This document shows positions 49,372-59,238 of a stretch of DNA of 64,000 bases, piece after piece. Positions within the stretch are counted from its first letter, which is position 1. Every line of letters begins with the position of its first letter. Location of the stretch: NCBI GenBank assembly GCA_049889235.1, contig JBMHDU010000007.1, positions 82,024 to 146,023 of the forward strand, written 5' to 3'. The notes under the pieces were generated by a model. It saw nothing but the letters and a program-made list of their open reading frames with translations. It did not search any database and was not told the DNA's origin. The DNA is from Polaribacter sp. (GTDB lineage: Bacteria > Bacteroidota > Bacteroidia > Flavobacteriales > Flavobacteriaceae). Made by a program: the position numbers and the translations under genes.

Positions 49372-50748
49372 CTAATTCTGTGTAATATCTACAATTTTAC
49401 CTTCAATTGCTGTTGCAGCCGCGACTAACGGACTTGCTAATAAGGTTCTTGAACCTTGACCTTGTCGCCCTTCAAAATTTCGATTCGAAGTAGACACGCA
49501 ATATTCACCTTCTGGAATTTTGTCATCATTCATCGCCAAACACGCGGAACAACCTGGTTGTCTAATCTGGAATCCGGCTTCTTCAAAAATGGATTGTAAT
49601 CCTTCCTCTTCGATTTGTTTTGCCACGCGTTGTGAACCTGGTACTAACCAAGCTGTAACATTATTGGCTTTTTGTTTGCCTTTTACAAATGTTGCTGCAA
49701 CTCTAAAATCTTCAATTCTTGAGTTTGTACAACTTCCGATAAACACATAATTTATAGGTTGATTCACCAATGAAGCTCCTTTTCGGAAATTCATATATTT
49801 CAATGATTTCTCGAAAGAGGCATCATCCAACTCTGGAATATTTTCAGTGATTTTGATTCCCATTCCAGGATTGGTTCCGTAGGTAATCATCGGCTGAATA
49901 TCTTCTGCATCGAACCAATATTCCTGATCAAATGTAGCATCAGGATCAGTTTTCAAGGTTTTCCAATACGCTACCTTTTCGTCAAATTCTTCTCCTTTTG
50001 GCGCGAAATCTCGACCTTTAATGTATTCGAAAGTGGTTTCATCTGGCGCTATCATTCCGCCACGAGCACCCATTTCAATACTCATATTACAGACAGTCAT
50101 ACGACCTTCCATCGACATATCTTCAAAAACAGATCCGGCATATTCACAAAAATACCCTGTTCCCGAATTCGTTCCCAATTTTGAAATGATATATAAGATT
50201 ACATCTTTCGGAAGAACCCCGTATTTCAATTTTCCGTTCACGTTTACACGTAGCTTCTTCGGTTTTTGTAACAACAAACATTGGCTTGCAAAAACCTGAG
50301 CTACTTGTGATGTTCCGATTCCGAAAGCAATCGTTCCAAAAGCACCATGTGTAGAGGTGTGCGAATCACCACAAACCATTGTCATTCCAGGCTGTGTAAT
50401 TCCCAATTCAGGGGCAATTACATGAACAATTCCGTTGTTTTCGTGACCTAATCCGTATAACGGAATGTTATTCAATTTGCAATTTTCTGCAAGCTGATTT
50501 AATTGGTTTCTTGACAACGCATCTTTCACAGGCAAATGCTGATCAACCGTAGGCGTGTTATGATCTGCAGTAGCCACAATTTTGTCTGGCCTTGCGATTG
50601 GAATGTTCCGTTTTCTCAATTCTTCAAAAGCCTGTGGACTCGTTACCTCATGAATCAAATGCTTATCGATATACAATACCTGAAGACCATCTTCTAAAGT
50701 ATCTACCACATGTGCATCCCAAACTTTATCAAATAGTGTTTTTCCCAT
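49372..50748 (-). CDS. leuC: 3-isopropylmalate dehydratase large subunit
   Basis: 458 aa with aconitase-family Fe-S Cys motifs ([15 protein letters not shown]). Confidence 0.95.
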   Translation of the reverse strand: MGKTLFDKVWDAHVVDTLEDGLQVLYIDKHLIHEVTSPQAFEELRKRNIPIARPDKIVATADHNTPTVDQHLPVKDALSRNQLNQLAENCKLNNIPLYGLGHENNGIVHVIAPELGITQPGMTMVCGDSHTSTHGAFGTIAFGIGTSQVAQVFASQCLLLQKPKKLRVNVNGKLKYGVLPKDVILYIISKLGTNSGTGYFCEYAGSVFEDMSMEGRMTVCNMSIEMGARGGMIAPDETTFEYIKGRDFAPKGEEFDEKVAYWKTLKTDPDATFDQEYWFDAEDIQPMITYGTNPGMGIKITENIPELDDASFEKSLKYMNFRKGASLVNQPINYVFIGSCTNSRIEDFRVAATFVKGKQKANNVTAWLVPGSQRVAKQIEEEGLQSIFEEAGFQIRQPGCSACLAMNDDKIPEGEYCVSTSNRNFEGRQGQGSRTLLASPLVAAATAIEGKIVDITQN

Positions 50749-50750
50749 AA

Positions 50751-51926
50751 TTATGCCATTGCAATTTTTGAAACCTTATTGACGATACTCATAATTTGAT
50801 GTAAGTCTTCATCAATGATTTCCTTTTGTTTATCTGCAAATTCTAAGAACGTTTTGTAGGCTTCGTCTAACTGAATTTTAGTTAGTTCATAACCAATTTT
50901 TTTCGCTCTGTACGCCAAAGCTGCTCTACCGCTTCTTGCAGTTAATACAATTGCAGACTCAGTTACTCCAACCTCCTCCGGATCCATAATCTCATAGGTT
51001 TTTCTGTTCTTGATTACACCATCTTGATGAATTCCCGAGCTATGTGCAAATGCATTTGCACCTACCACTGCCTTATTTGGCTGCACTGGCATTCCCATTT
51101 TCTCACGTACCATTAAACTGGTATCGTATAGTAATTTGGTATTGATATCCGTATGCAGATTCAAGTACGGATGTTGTTTTAAAATCATTACAACTTCCTC
51201 TAAAGCGGTATTTCCTGCACGCTCTCCGATTCCGTTAATCGTACACTCAATTTGGCGCGCTCCATTAATCACTCCAGAAATTGAATTGGCCGTTGCTAAT
51301 CCTAAATCGTTATGACAATGACAAGATAAAATTACATTCTCGATGCCTTTCACGTTCTCCCGCAGGTATTTCATTTTTGCTCCATATTCCTCTGGAAGAC
51401 AATACCCTGTAGTATCTGGAATGTTTAAAACAGTCGCTCCTGCTTTAATCACCTCTTCACATACTTTTGCTAGAAATTCATTGTCTGTTCTTCCGGCGTC
51501 CTCTGCATAAAACTCAACATCTTCTACGAATGATTTCGCATAACTCACGGCTTTAACCGCTCGTTCAATTACTTGATCGCGTGTGGCGTTAAACTTGTAT
51601 TTAATATGTGAATCACTTGTTCCGATTCCGGTATGTATTCTTGGCTTCACTGCGTGTTTTAATGCTTCTGCAGCAACCTCAATATCTTTTTCTACGGCTC
51701 TTGTAAGACCACAAACCGTTGCATTCTTCACCACTTTAGCAATTTCAGAAACCGAAGTAAAATCACCCGGGCTTGAAATTGGGAATCCAGCTTCGATGAT
51801 ATCGACACCTAATTCATCAAGCCGTTCTGCAATAATGAGTTTTTGCTTCGTATCTAGTTTACAACCTGGGACCTGTTCTCCATCTCTCAGCGTTGTATCG
51901 AAAATTTGCACCTTATTATCTTGCAT
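50751..51926 (-). CDS. leuA: 2-isopropylmalate synthase, short form without an obvious C-terminal regulatory domain
   Basis: 391 aa. [16 protein letters not shown] and HSSGIHQDG motifs of the DRE-TIM family. Its length covers the catalytic barrel plus linker only. Confidence 0.85.
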   Translation of the reverse strand: MQDNKVQIFDTTLRDGEQVPGCKLDTKQKLIIAERLDELGVDIIEAGFPISSPGDFTSVSEIAKVVKNATVCGLTRAVEKDIEVAAEALKHAVKPRIHTGIGTSDSHIKYKFNATRDQVIERAVKAVSYAKSFVEDVEFYAEDAGRTDNEFLAKVCEEVIKAGATVLNIPDTTGYCLPEEYGAKMKYLRENVKGIENVILSCHCHNDLGLATANSISGVINGARQIECTINGIGERAGNTALEEVVMILKQHPYLNLHTDINTKLLYDTSLMVREKMGMPVQPNKAVVGANAFAHSSGIHQDGVIKNRKTYEIMDPEEVGVTESAIVLTARSGRAALAYRAKKIGYELTKIQLDEAYKTFLEFADKQKEIIDEDLHQIMSIVNKVSKIAMA

Positions 51927-51956
51927 AATTGAATGTTATTAAAGACTTTTCTAGTT

Positions 51957-51964
51957 CAAATGTA
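51957..51964 (-). promoter_or_regulatory. -7 promoter box (TACATTTG) for leuACDB
   Basis: Minus-strand TACATTTG about 30 nt upstream of the leuA ATG. Confidence 0.5.
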
Positions 51965-52058
51965 TATATTGGCAGTTTTAATATGAATCGGAATCTTAAT
52001 TTATAGCCGATTTTCAATGCACAGGATTAACTATTAAATTATTGTTATTCAGTTTTTT

Positions 52059-53612
52059 ATGAGGAATAATATTACATTAGCCAACACCAATATTGACCCT
52101 CTTTTTGAGTTGATAAAGTCGCTTTCAAAGAGTGAAAAGCGTCAATTCAATTTGTATGTAGGTCGATTAGATGGTAATGTGAGTGCCAAATTCTTCGCTC
52201 TATTCAAACTACTCGACAAGCAGAAAACATATAATGAAAAGCAGGTAATTGATAGTGGTATTGTATCCAAACAACAGCTATCAAATTTAAAAGCACACCT
52301 ATACAAACAGATCTTGGTGAGTTTACGTTTAAATCCGGCACATAAGAACATTAGAATTCAAATTCGAGAGCAACTAGATTTTGCAACAGTTCTTTATCAG
52401 AAAGGGCTTTACAAGCAGAGTTTAAAGTTGTTAGACAAGGCAAAAGCAATGGCTTTAGACAATGAAGAAAAGAATATTGCCTATGAAATTGTGGAGTTGG
52501 AAAAGGTGATCGAGACCCAATACATCACGCGAAGTTTGAATAACAGAGCTGATGAACTTTCTATTCAGGCAAAGGAACTAAGTCAGCACAATGTTATTGC
52601 CAGTAAATTGTCGAATTTATCACTTCAATTATATAGTCATTTGTTACAAAATGGATATGTAAAAAACAACGAAGAGCTCAAATTTATTACTGAATATTTC
52701 TACAGCAAACTACCGACATATGATTTCCAAACCTTAGGTTTTCGGGAAAAATTATGGCTGTACAAAGCTCATCTTTGGTATAGTTTTTTAACTCAAGATT
52801 TTCTTCAGAGTTATAAATATGCAAGTAAGTGGTTAGACCTTTTTAGAGAAAATCCGAAGTTAATTTCACTACATCCTGTATTCTATTTAAAAGGTAAAAA
52901 TTACCTGATGGAAGCTTCATTTTTTGTCAAGAAGCGAGACACTTTTGAACAGGAACTTGATTTATTGGAGAAAGAAATAAATGAGGATATTATTCCGAAA
53001 AATACAAATACCGAAATCCTCCTCTTTTTATATTTCTATTCGCACAAATTGCACAGTCATTTCTTGAATGGAAATTTTGCTGAAGGAGAATACTTGGTGG
53101 ATGTTATTATGAATAAAATTCAACAGTATCACTCCAGATTGGATTCCCATCATATTGTATTACTGTATTATAAAATCGCTTGTTTGTACTTCGGAATGGG
53201 TGAAAACAAAAAATGCATTTCATTCTTACAACTAATTATCAATTCGAAAGATATAGGGAGTGCAGAAGATCTACAGTGCTTTTCTAGAGTGTTAAATCTT
53301 ATCGCCCATTACGAATGCGGATTGGACTACGATTTGGAGCGTCAATTCGTTCAGACTTATAAGTTCTTATTAAAAATGGAAAACCTTCAGGAGGTTCAAA
53401 AAGAATTTATCACTTCCATTAAAGATTTAAGTGATGTATATCCGCATGAGATTAAAAATGAATTCAAAAAAATCCATACGAGGCTTAAAAAATACGAGCA
53501 TCATCCTTACGAAAAGCGCGCGTTCCTGTATTTAGACATCCTTTCCTGGCTAGAAAGTAAAATTGAGAACAAACCTATTTCTGAAATTATTAGAAATAAA
53601 ATAACAAAATAG
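52059..53612 (+). CDS. Hypothetical all-alpha (TPR-like) protein, function unknown
   Basis: 517 aa uninterrupted ORF with helical repeat character (LYKQSLKLLDKAKAMALDNEEKNIAYEI...). No catalytic or DNA-binding motif recognised. Confidence 0.55.
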   Translation: MRNNITLANTNIDPLFELIKSLSKSEKRQFNLYVGRLDGNVSAKFFALFKLLDKQKTYNEKQVIDSGIVSKQQLSNLKAHLYKQILVSLRLNPAHKNIRIQIREQLDFATVLYQKGLYKQSLKLLDKAKAMALDNEEKNIAYEIVELEKVIETQYITRSLNNRADELSIQAKELSQHNVIASKLSNLSLQLYSHLLQNGYVKNNEELKFITEYFYSKLPTYDFQTLGFREKLWLYKAHLWYSFLTQDFLQSYKYASKWLDLFRENPKLISLHPVFYLKGKNYLMEASFFVKKRDTFEQELDLLEKEINEDIIPKNTNTEILLFLYFYSHKLHSHFLNGNFAEGEYLVDVIMNKIQQYHSRLDSHHIVLLYYKIACLYFGMGENKKCISFLQLIINSKDIGSAEDLQCFSRVLNLIAHYECGLDYDLERQFVQTYKFLLKMENLQEVQKEFITSIKDLSDVYPHEIKNEFKKIHTRLKKYEHHPYEKRAFLYLDILSWLESKIENKPISEIIRNKITK

Positions 53613-53725
53613 GTGTTTGTTTTTTGTTTTGATAATTATTTGAATTCATAATTGTGATATTCATAGAAATTCTGGTCTTTTCCAAAAAAAGATGCAAATT
53701 GATTTTCTCTGAGCTTTTTGTATAT

Positions 53726-53733
53726 TACTTTTG
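53726..53733 (+). promoter_or_regulatory. -7 promoter box (TACTTTTG) for the thr leader and thrABC
   Basis: TAnnTTTG match about 55 nt upstream of the leader ORF ATG. Confidence 0.45.
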
Positions 53734-53788
53734 ACCCGTGAGTTATTCAAAAGTAAATACGACTTTTTCTATCGATCCACCGGTTATC

Positions 53789-53836
53789 ATGACCAAAAGC
53801 ATGACTCGCATTACTACAATTATGATTACCCTTTAG
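53789..53836 (+). promoter_or_regulatory. Candidate thr operon leader peptide ORF (MTKSMTRITTIMITL)
   Basis: 15 codons plus TAG. 5 Thr and 3 Ile codons, 6 of them within the last 8 codons. It lies 90 nt upstream of thrA and is followed by a T7 run at 53859-53865. Confidence 0.5.
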
Positions 53837-53925
53837 GGGGTTATTATTACACATATCATTTTTTTCAATTCAGTTTACATAAAAGTTAAATTCTTAAACA
53901 ATATAACCTTACGAAACATAACGTT

Positions 53926-56364
53926 ATGAAGGTATTAAAATTCGGAGGCTCATCAGTAGCAAACTCAGAAAACATAAATAAAGTCATGCAAATTATAGGA
54001 GAACAATCGAAAGATCAAACACTTGCGGTTGTTGTCTCAGCGTTCGGTAAAACAACAGATAATCTTTTGTTCGTTGCCGATAAGGCATTAGAAAATATCA
54101 CAGAAGCGAAAGAAAAATTAAGTGAAATTCATGAACTTCATCAACAGGTGGTTCGAGATTTGATTTACAATCAGAAAGTAGAAGTCGATGAATATGTATC
54201 CGAAATCTTTTCTGAATTAAACTCGATCATCGAAGGTGTTTATTTACTTCAAGAATTATCGGAGCGCACTATAGCTAAGATTTCAAGTTTTGGAGAACGA
54301 TTGTCATCCTACATCATTGGAAAAGCCATTAATGAGCGTGTGAATGGTGATTATTATGATAGTCGTTTATTGATTGTGGCCAATAATAGTTATTTGAATG
54401 CCCAGGTTGATTACAAAGCAACCAATAAAAAAATTCAAGATTTCTTTAAGAAGAACTCAAATGATATCACAGTAGTTGGTGGATTTATTGCTTCTAATAA
54501 AAAAGGAGAAACGACTACACTTGGCCGCGGCGGATCCGATTTCTCAGCAGCAATTCTTGCAGGATCACTAGGTGCTGAAGAATTACAAATTTGGACCGAT
54601 GTAAGCGGAATGTTTACTGCCAATCCGAAGTTGGTAAAACAAGCTTTTCCAATTAAAGAAATCTCTTACGAGGAAGCGATGGAACTTTCGCATTTTGGAG
54701 CAAAAGTATTATATCCACCAACAATTCAACCGGTATTGCATCAAGAAATTCCGATTCGAATTAAAAACACATTCGAACCAGAAAATGACGGAACATTAAT
54801 CGCTAAAACATCGAGTAATAATCGGGTAATTAAAGGTATTTCATATATCGACAATATTAGTTTAATAACCATTGAGGGTTCTGGTCTGGTTGGATTCCTA
54901 GGATTTTCAAAGCGATTATTTTCAGCTTTATCCGGATTCTCCATCAATGTTGTGTTAATTACACAGGCATCATCCGAACATTCTATTTGCGTAGGTATTT
55001 ACGATAAAGATGCAGAAGCAGCTCAACAGGTATTAAACGATGAATTTGAAGTTGAACTTCTTAAGAAAAAGATTAAACCAGTTACCATAGAAAATGATTT
55101 GGCCATAATTGCTATCGTTGGTGATTACATGAAAAATCATCAGGGATTAAGCGGTCAAATGTTTAGTGCGTTAGGAAGAAATAATGTGAATGTAAGAGCC
55201 ATTGCACAGGGGTCTTCCGAAAAGAATATTTCTGCGGTGATTAAAAAAGCGGATGCCAAAAAAGCACTAAATACGCTTCACGAACAATTCTTTGAAACCC
55301 AAACCAAACAGTTGAATTTATTTGTGACTGGGGTTGGCAATGTTGGAAAACGATTCCTTGCTCAAATCAAGCAGCAAAATGAATTCTTAAAAAAGAACCT
55401 AAAGTTGCAAGTTCGGGTAGTGGGAATTTCAAATTCGAAGAAAATGGTATTCAAATCCAGTGGTTTGGATTTATACAAATGGGAATCATTATTAGAAAAT
55501 GGTGAACCTAGCACATTGCAGAGTTTTTACGAGCGCGCCAAATCATACAATCTAAGAAATTCCGTATTTGTCGATAATACAGCTAATGAAAAAGTAGCTG
55601 GTATGTATGGCAATTACTTCAAAGAGAGTATTTCTGTAGTGACATGTAATAAGATTGCAGCTTCTTCTGAATTTGAAAATTACAAATCATTAAAGAAAAC
55701 TGCATCCGAATACAACGCTCAATTCCTTTTCGAAACCAATGTGGGAGCGGGATTGCCTATCATCGATACCTTAAAACATTTAATTGCTTCGGGTGATCGA
55801 GTTCATACGATTCAGGCCGTATTATCAGGAACATTAAACTATGTTTTCAATAATTACGATGGTGAAAACACTTTTAAAGAGGTAGTTCAAAATGCGCACG
55901 CCTTAGGGTTTACCGAACCTGATCCGAAAATTGATTTGAGCGGAATAGATGTAGCCAGAAAAATCTTGATTTTGGCTCGTGAAAGCGGATATCAATTAGA
56001 TCTAAGTGATGTTACAAACAATGCATTTTTATCTGATGAAACACTTTCAACGAAAGACAATGATGCCTTTTTTGATTCTTTAGAGAAATTTGAAAAACAC
56101 TTTAAAGTGTTAGTTCAAAATGCACACCAGAAAAACTGCCGATTAAAATATGTGGCACAATTCAAAGATGGTAAGGCCAGTGTTGGTTTGAAAGAGATTC
56201 CAACCGATCATCCATTTTATAATTTAGAAGGAAGTGATAATATTGTATTGTTTTATACCGATCGTTACCCAAGTCAGCCATTACAAATTAAAGGAGCTGG
56301 TGCAGGTGCAGATGTGACAGCATCGGGTATATTTGCGGATATAATTCGAATCGCCAACCAATAA
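53926..56364 (+). CDS. thrA: Bifunctional aspartate kinase / homoserine dehydrogenase I
   Basis: 812 aa. N-terminal KFGGSS kinase motif, ACT domains, and a C-terminal HSDH domain (GVGNVGKRF, GAGLPII). Confidence 0.95.
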   Translation: MKVLKFGGSSVANSENINKVMQIIGEQSKDQTLAVVVSAFGKTTDNLLFVADKALENITEAKEKLSEIHELHQQVVRDLIYNQKVEVDEYVSEIFSELNSIIEGVYLLQELSERTIAKISSFGERLSSYIIGKAINERVNGDYYDSRLLIVANNSYLNAQVDYKATNKKIQDFFKKNSNDITVVGGFIASNKKGETTTLGRGGSDFSAAILAGSLGAEELQIWTDVSGMFTANPKLVKQAFPIKEISYEEAMELSHFGAKVLYPPTIQPVLHQEIPIRIKNTFEPENDGTLIAKTSSNNRVIKGISYIDNISLITIEGSGLVGFLGFSKRLFSALSGFSINVVLITQASSEHSICVGIYDKDAEAAQQVLNDEFEVELLKKKIKPVTIENDLAIIAIVGDYMKNHQGLSGQMFSALGRNNVNVRAIAQGSSEKNISAVIKKADAKKALNTLHEQFFETQTKQLNLFVTGVGNVGKRFLAQIKQQNEFLKKNLKLQVRVVGISNSKKMVFKSSGLDLYKWESLLENGEPSTLQSFYERAKSYNLRNSVFVDNTANEKVAGMYGNYFKESISVVTCNKIAASSEFENYKSLKKTASEYNAQFLFETNVGAGLPIIDTLKHLIASGDRVHTIQAVLSGTLNYVFNNYDGENTFKEVVQNAHALGFTEPDPKIDLSGIDVARKILILARESGYQLDLSDVTNNAFLSDETLSTKDNDAFFDSLEKFEKHFKVLVQNAHQKNCRLKYVAQFKDGKASVGLKEIPTDHPFYNLEGSDNIVLFYTDRYPSQPLQIKGAGAGADVTASGIFADIIRIANQ

Positions 56365-56366
56365 CA

Positions 56367-57296
56367 ATGGAGTACTTACATATTTTTTCGCCCGCAACTG
56401 TGGCAAATGTTTCTTGCGGATTTGACACCTTAGGCTTTGCAATTGATGCACTTGGAGATGAAATGACTTTCACCAAAATTGAAGACCCAAAAGTTACTAT
56501 TACTCAAATAACGGGAGCAGATCTTCCTTACGAAGCGAATAAAAACGCTGCTGGTTTTGTTGCGCAGAAAATGTTAGATGATGCCGGTGTGGATTTTGGA
56601 TTAGAAATTACAATCCACAAAGGATTTTCACCTGGGAGCGGATTAGGAAGCAGTGCTGCAAGTGCTGCCGGAGCTGCATTCGGTGTAAATCAATTTTTAG
56701 ATGAACAATTCACAAAAACGGAATTGGTGAAATATGCGATGCTAGGTGAAGAAGTCGCTTGTGGTTCTCAAATTGCAGATAATGTTAGTGCTGCTCTTTT
56801 CGGAGGTTTTGTATTGATTCGAAGCTATGATCCTTTAGACATCAAATCGATTCCGGTTCCGAGTGAATTGCGAGCGATTGCATTACATCCACAGGTGGAG
56901 GTAAAAACAAAAGATGCCCGTGATGTGTTACCTAAAAATATCGCTTTAAAGGATGCAATTACACAATGGGCAAATGTAGGAGGACTCATTGCTGGATTGT
57001 ATGATAACGATTATGAATTGATTTCAAATTCCTTAACGGATATCATAGTTGAACCTAATCGGAAAAATCTAATTCCAGGATTTGATAAAGTTCAAAAATC
57101 AGCAACAGAAAATGGAGCTTTAGGGGCCGGAATCAGTGGTTCTGGACCAACAATTTTTGCTTTATGTAAGGGTGACGCATCTCAAAAGCGAGTGTTTGAC
57201 GCCATGAAAAACACTTATTCAAGAACTGAAATTCCGTTCCATATTTATCAATCAAAAATTAATAAAGAGGGAATTAAAATCCTATCGAAAAAGTAG
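56367..57296 (+). CDS. thrB: Homoserine kinase
   Basis: 309 aa with the GHMP kinase motif PGSGLGSSAASAAGAA. Confidence 0.9.
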   Translation: MEYLHIFSPATVANVSCGFDTLGFAIDALGDEMTFTKIEDPKVTITQITGADLPYEANKNAAGFVAQKMLDDAGVDFGLEITIHKGFSPGSGLGSSAASAAGAAFGVNQFLDEQFTKTELVKYAMLGEEVACGSQIADNVSAALFGGFVLIRSYDPLDIKSIPVPSELRAIALHPQVEVKTKDARDVLPKNIALKDAITQWANVGGLIAGLYDNDYELISNSLTDIIVEPNRKNLIPGFDKVQKSATENGALGAGISGSGPTIFALCKGDASQKRVFDAMKNTYSRTEIPFHIYQSKINKEGIKILSKK

Positions 57297-57298
57297 CT

Positions 57299-58582
57299 AT
57301 GAAATACTTTAGTTTATCCAATCATTCGATTCAAGCTTCATTTAAAAATGCTGTAATTCAAGGTCTTGCACCAGATCGCGGATTATTTTTCCCAGAAAGC
57401 ATCAGCGCTCTTCCTAAGGATTTTATTGATTCCATTGAGGACTATTCGAATCATGAAATTGCCTATAAAGCTATAAAGCAATTTGTCGGAGATGAAATTC
57501 CTTCGGATGTTTTAAAAAAAATCATCAGGGAAACACTGACCTTTGAATTTCCCATAGTTCCGATTTCAGATCAGATTTCAACTTTGGAATTATTCCACGG
57601 ACCAACAATGGCTTTCAAAGATGTTGGGGCGAAATTCATGGCAAAATGTCTAGAATATTTCAACTCCGAAAGTGACGATCATGTTACCGTTTTGGTAGCT
57701 ACTTCCGGAGATACAGGTGGCGCCGTTGCCAACGGATTTTTAGGCACTAAGGGAGTTGATGTTGTGATTCTCTATCCATCCGGAAAAGTAAGTGACATTC
57801 AGGAAAAACAATTGACCACTTTAGGTCAAAACATCACAGCTCTAGAAGTTGATGGGGTTTTTGACGATTGTCAGGATATGGTGAAAACTGCTTTTTTAGA
57901 TGGTGATATTCCGAAGAAATTGACTTCTGCCAATTCGATCAACATCGCAAGATGGCTACCTCAAATATTCTATTTCTTTTTTGCATACAAGCAATTGAAA
58001 TCAACGGGAAAAGAGATCATATTCTCAGTTCCAAGTGGAAACTTCGGAAATATTTGCGCTGGATTTATGGCTCAGAAATTAGGTTTACCAGTCAAAACCT
58101 TAGTAGCATCAACCAATGTGAACGATACTGTTCCTAACTTCTTAGCCTCTGGAGAATATGATGTGCAACCATCAATTGCCACAATTTCAAATGCTATGGA
58201 TGTAAGTGATCCAAGTAATTTTGTGCGAATTCAGCAATTATTTGATAATGACTTTGATCGATTAAAAGATCATTTGGCTTCTTTTTCTTTTACCGATGAT
58301 ATGACTCGAAAAGCAATGACTGAAATCTTTCAAAATTCAAATTACATCGCCGATCCACATGGAGCAGTTGGCTATTTGGGATTGAAAGAATTCAACTTAG
58401 ATTCGAATCAAATCGGAGTATTTCTAGAGACTGCCCATCCAGTTAAATTTTTACCTGTAGTCGAGGAAACTTTGAGCGTAAAGGTTGCTATTCCACCACA
58501 AATTCAAAAAGTGATGGATAAAAAGAAGAAAAGCATCCGCATTTCAACCTATGAGGGTTTGAAAGCTTTTTTAAACAGCTAA
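57299..58582 (+). CDS. thrC: Threonine synthase
   Basis: 427 aa with the PLP Lys motif (GPTMAFKDVG) and SGNFGN. Confidence 0.95.
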   Translation: MKYFSLSNHSIQASFKNAVIQGLAPDRGLFFPESISALPKDFIDSIEDYSNHEIAYKAIKQFVGDEIPSDVLKKIIRETLTFEFPIVPISDQISTLELFHGPTMAFKDVGAKFMAKCLEYFNSESDDHVTVLVATSGDTGGAVANGFLGTKGVDVVILYPSGKVSDIQEKQLTTLGQNITALEVDGVFDDCQDMVKTAFLDGDIPKKLTSANSINIARWLPQIFYFFFAYKQLKSTGKEIIFSVPSGNFGNICAGFMAQKLGLPVKTLVASTNVNDTVPNFLASGEYDVQPSIATISNAMDVSDPSNFVRIQQLFDNDFDRLKDHLASFSFTDDMTRKAMTEIFQNSNYIADPHGAVGYLGLKEFNLDSNQIGVFLETAHPVKFLPVVEETLSVKVAIPPQIQKVMDKKKKSIRISTYEGLKAFLNS

Positions 58583-59238
58583 AGATCTATGATTCGGTCT
58601 TTAGTAAATCCGTAGAATTTCGCATTCTCTCTTTCAAATTTCGTGTTGAGTCCAGTGAATTCACTAAATGCCGGTAAGACAATTTCATGATGGGTTTCCA
58701 CAAAGCAAGGTAACTTAATCCGTTGTCTACCTTTCCCTTTTAGAAAAACCCCCGGATGAATATGACCCGAAAATGTGATTTTCTGTTCTTCAAACTGATG
58801 ATTTTCCGTATCGTGAATAAACTCAAAATCATCTAATTGCCACGTTTCATTGAACACCATCAAATTTAGTTTTTGATACAGTGAATTGGGCAGTCGGTCA
58901 TGATTTCCTCGAACAAGTATAAACGCTATGTTTCTGAAATTTTGCAGCCATTGATGAAACGTCTCCAAATCAGAATTATACTCTGCGTGAAACAAGTCAC
59001 CCACTACAATTACTTTTTTAGGTACAAAATGTTCAATACAATCCTGTAAACGTTGTAAATCATTCAGCAACACGTTTTTCGCAATCGGAATTCCATATTT
59101 CTGAAAGTGTCCCGATTTACCGACATGCAAATCACTTAACACCAAAGCTTCGACACTTGGAATATAAACAACTCTTTGCGTGGTTAACAAAAGTTCTAAC
59201 CCTTGTTTCTGAATCTTCTTTGTGACTATGCCTCCCAT
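58579..59238 (-). CDS. pdeM: Ligase-associated DNA damage response metallophosphoesterase PdeM
   Basis: 219 aa with calcineurin-like motifs LSDLHVGK, GDLFH, GNHD and GHIHP. It is the last gene of the ligase cassette. Confidence 0.85.
   Translation of the reverse strand: MGGIVTKKIQKQGLELLLTTQRVVYIPSVEALVLSDLHVGKSGHFQKYGIPIAKNVLLNDLQRLQDCIEHFVPKKVIVVGDLFHAEYNSDLETFHQWLQNFRNIAFILVRGNHDRLPNSLYQKLNLMVFNETWQLDDFEFIHDTENHQFEEQKITFSGHIHPGVFLKGKGRQRIKLPCFVETHHEIVLPAFSEFTGLNTKFERENAKFYGFTKDRIIDL

Noticed and set aside
53914-53928. The palindrome CATAACGTTATG includes the thrA start codon and could be a start-codon-sequestering hairpin.
   Set aside because: A 12-nt perfect palindrome leaves at most a 4-bp stem once a loop is allowed. 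That is too weak to support a structural claim.
58579-58582. A 4-nt convergent overlap of the thrC and pdeM stop regions, as a possible antisense or transcriptional-interference feature.
   Set aside because: Short convergent overlaps are common in compact genomes. No structure or motif is visible, so it is mentioned only in the ligase cassette finding.
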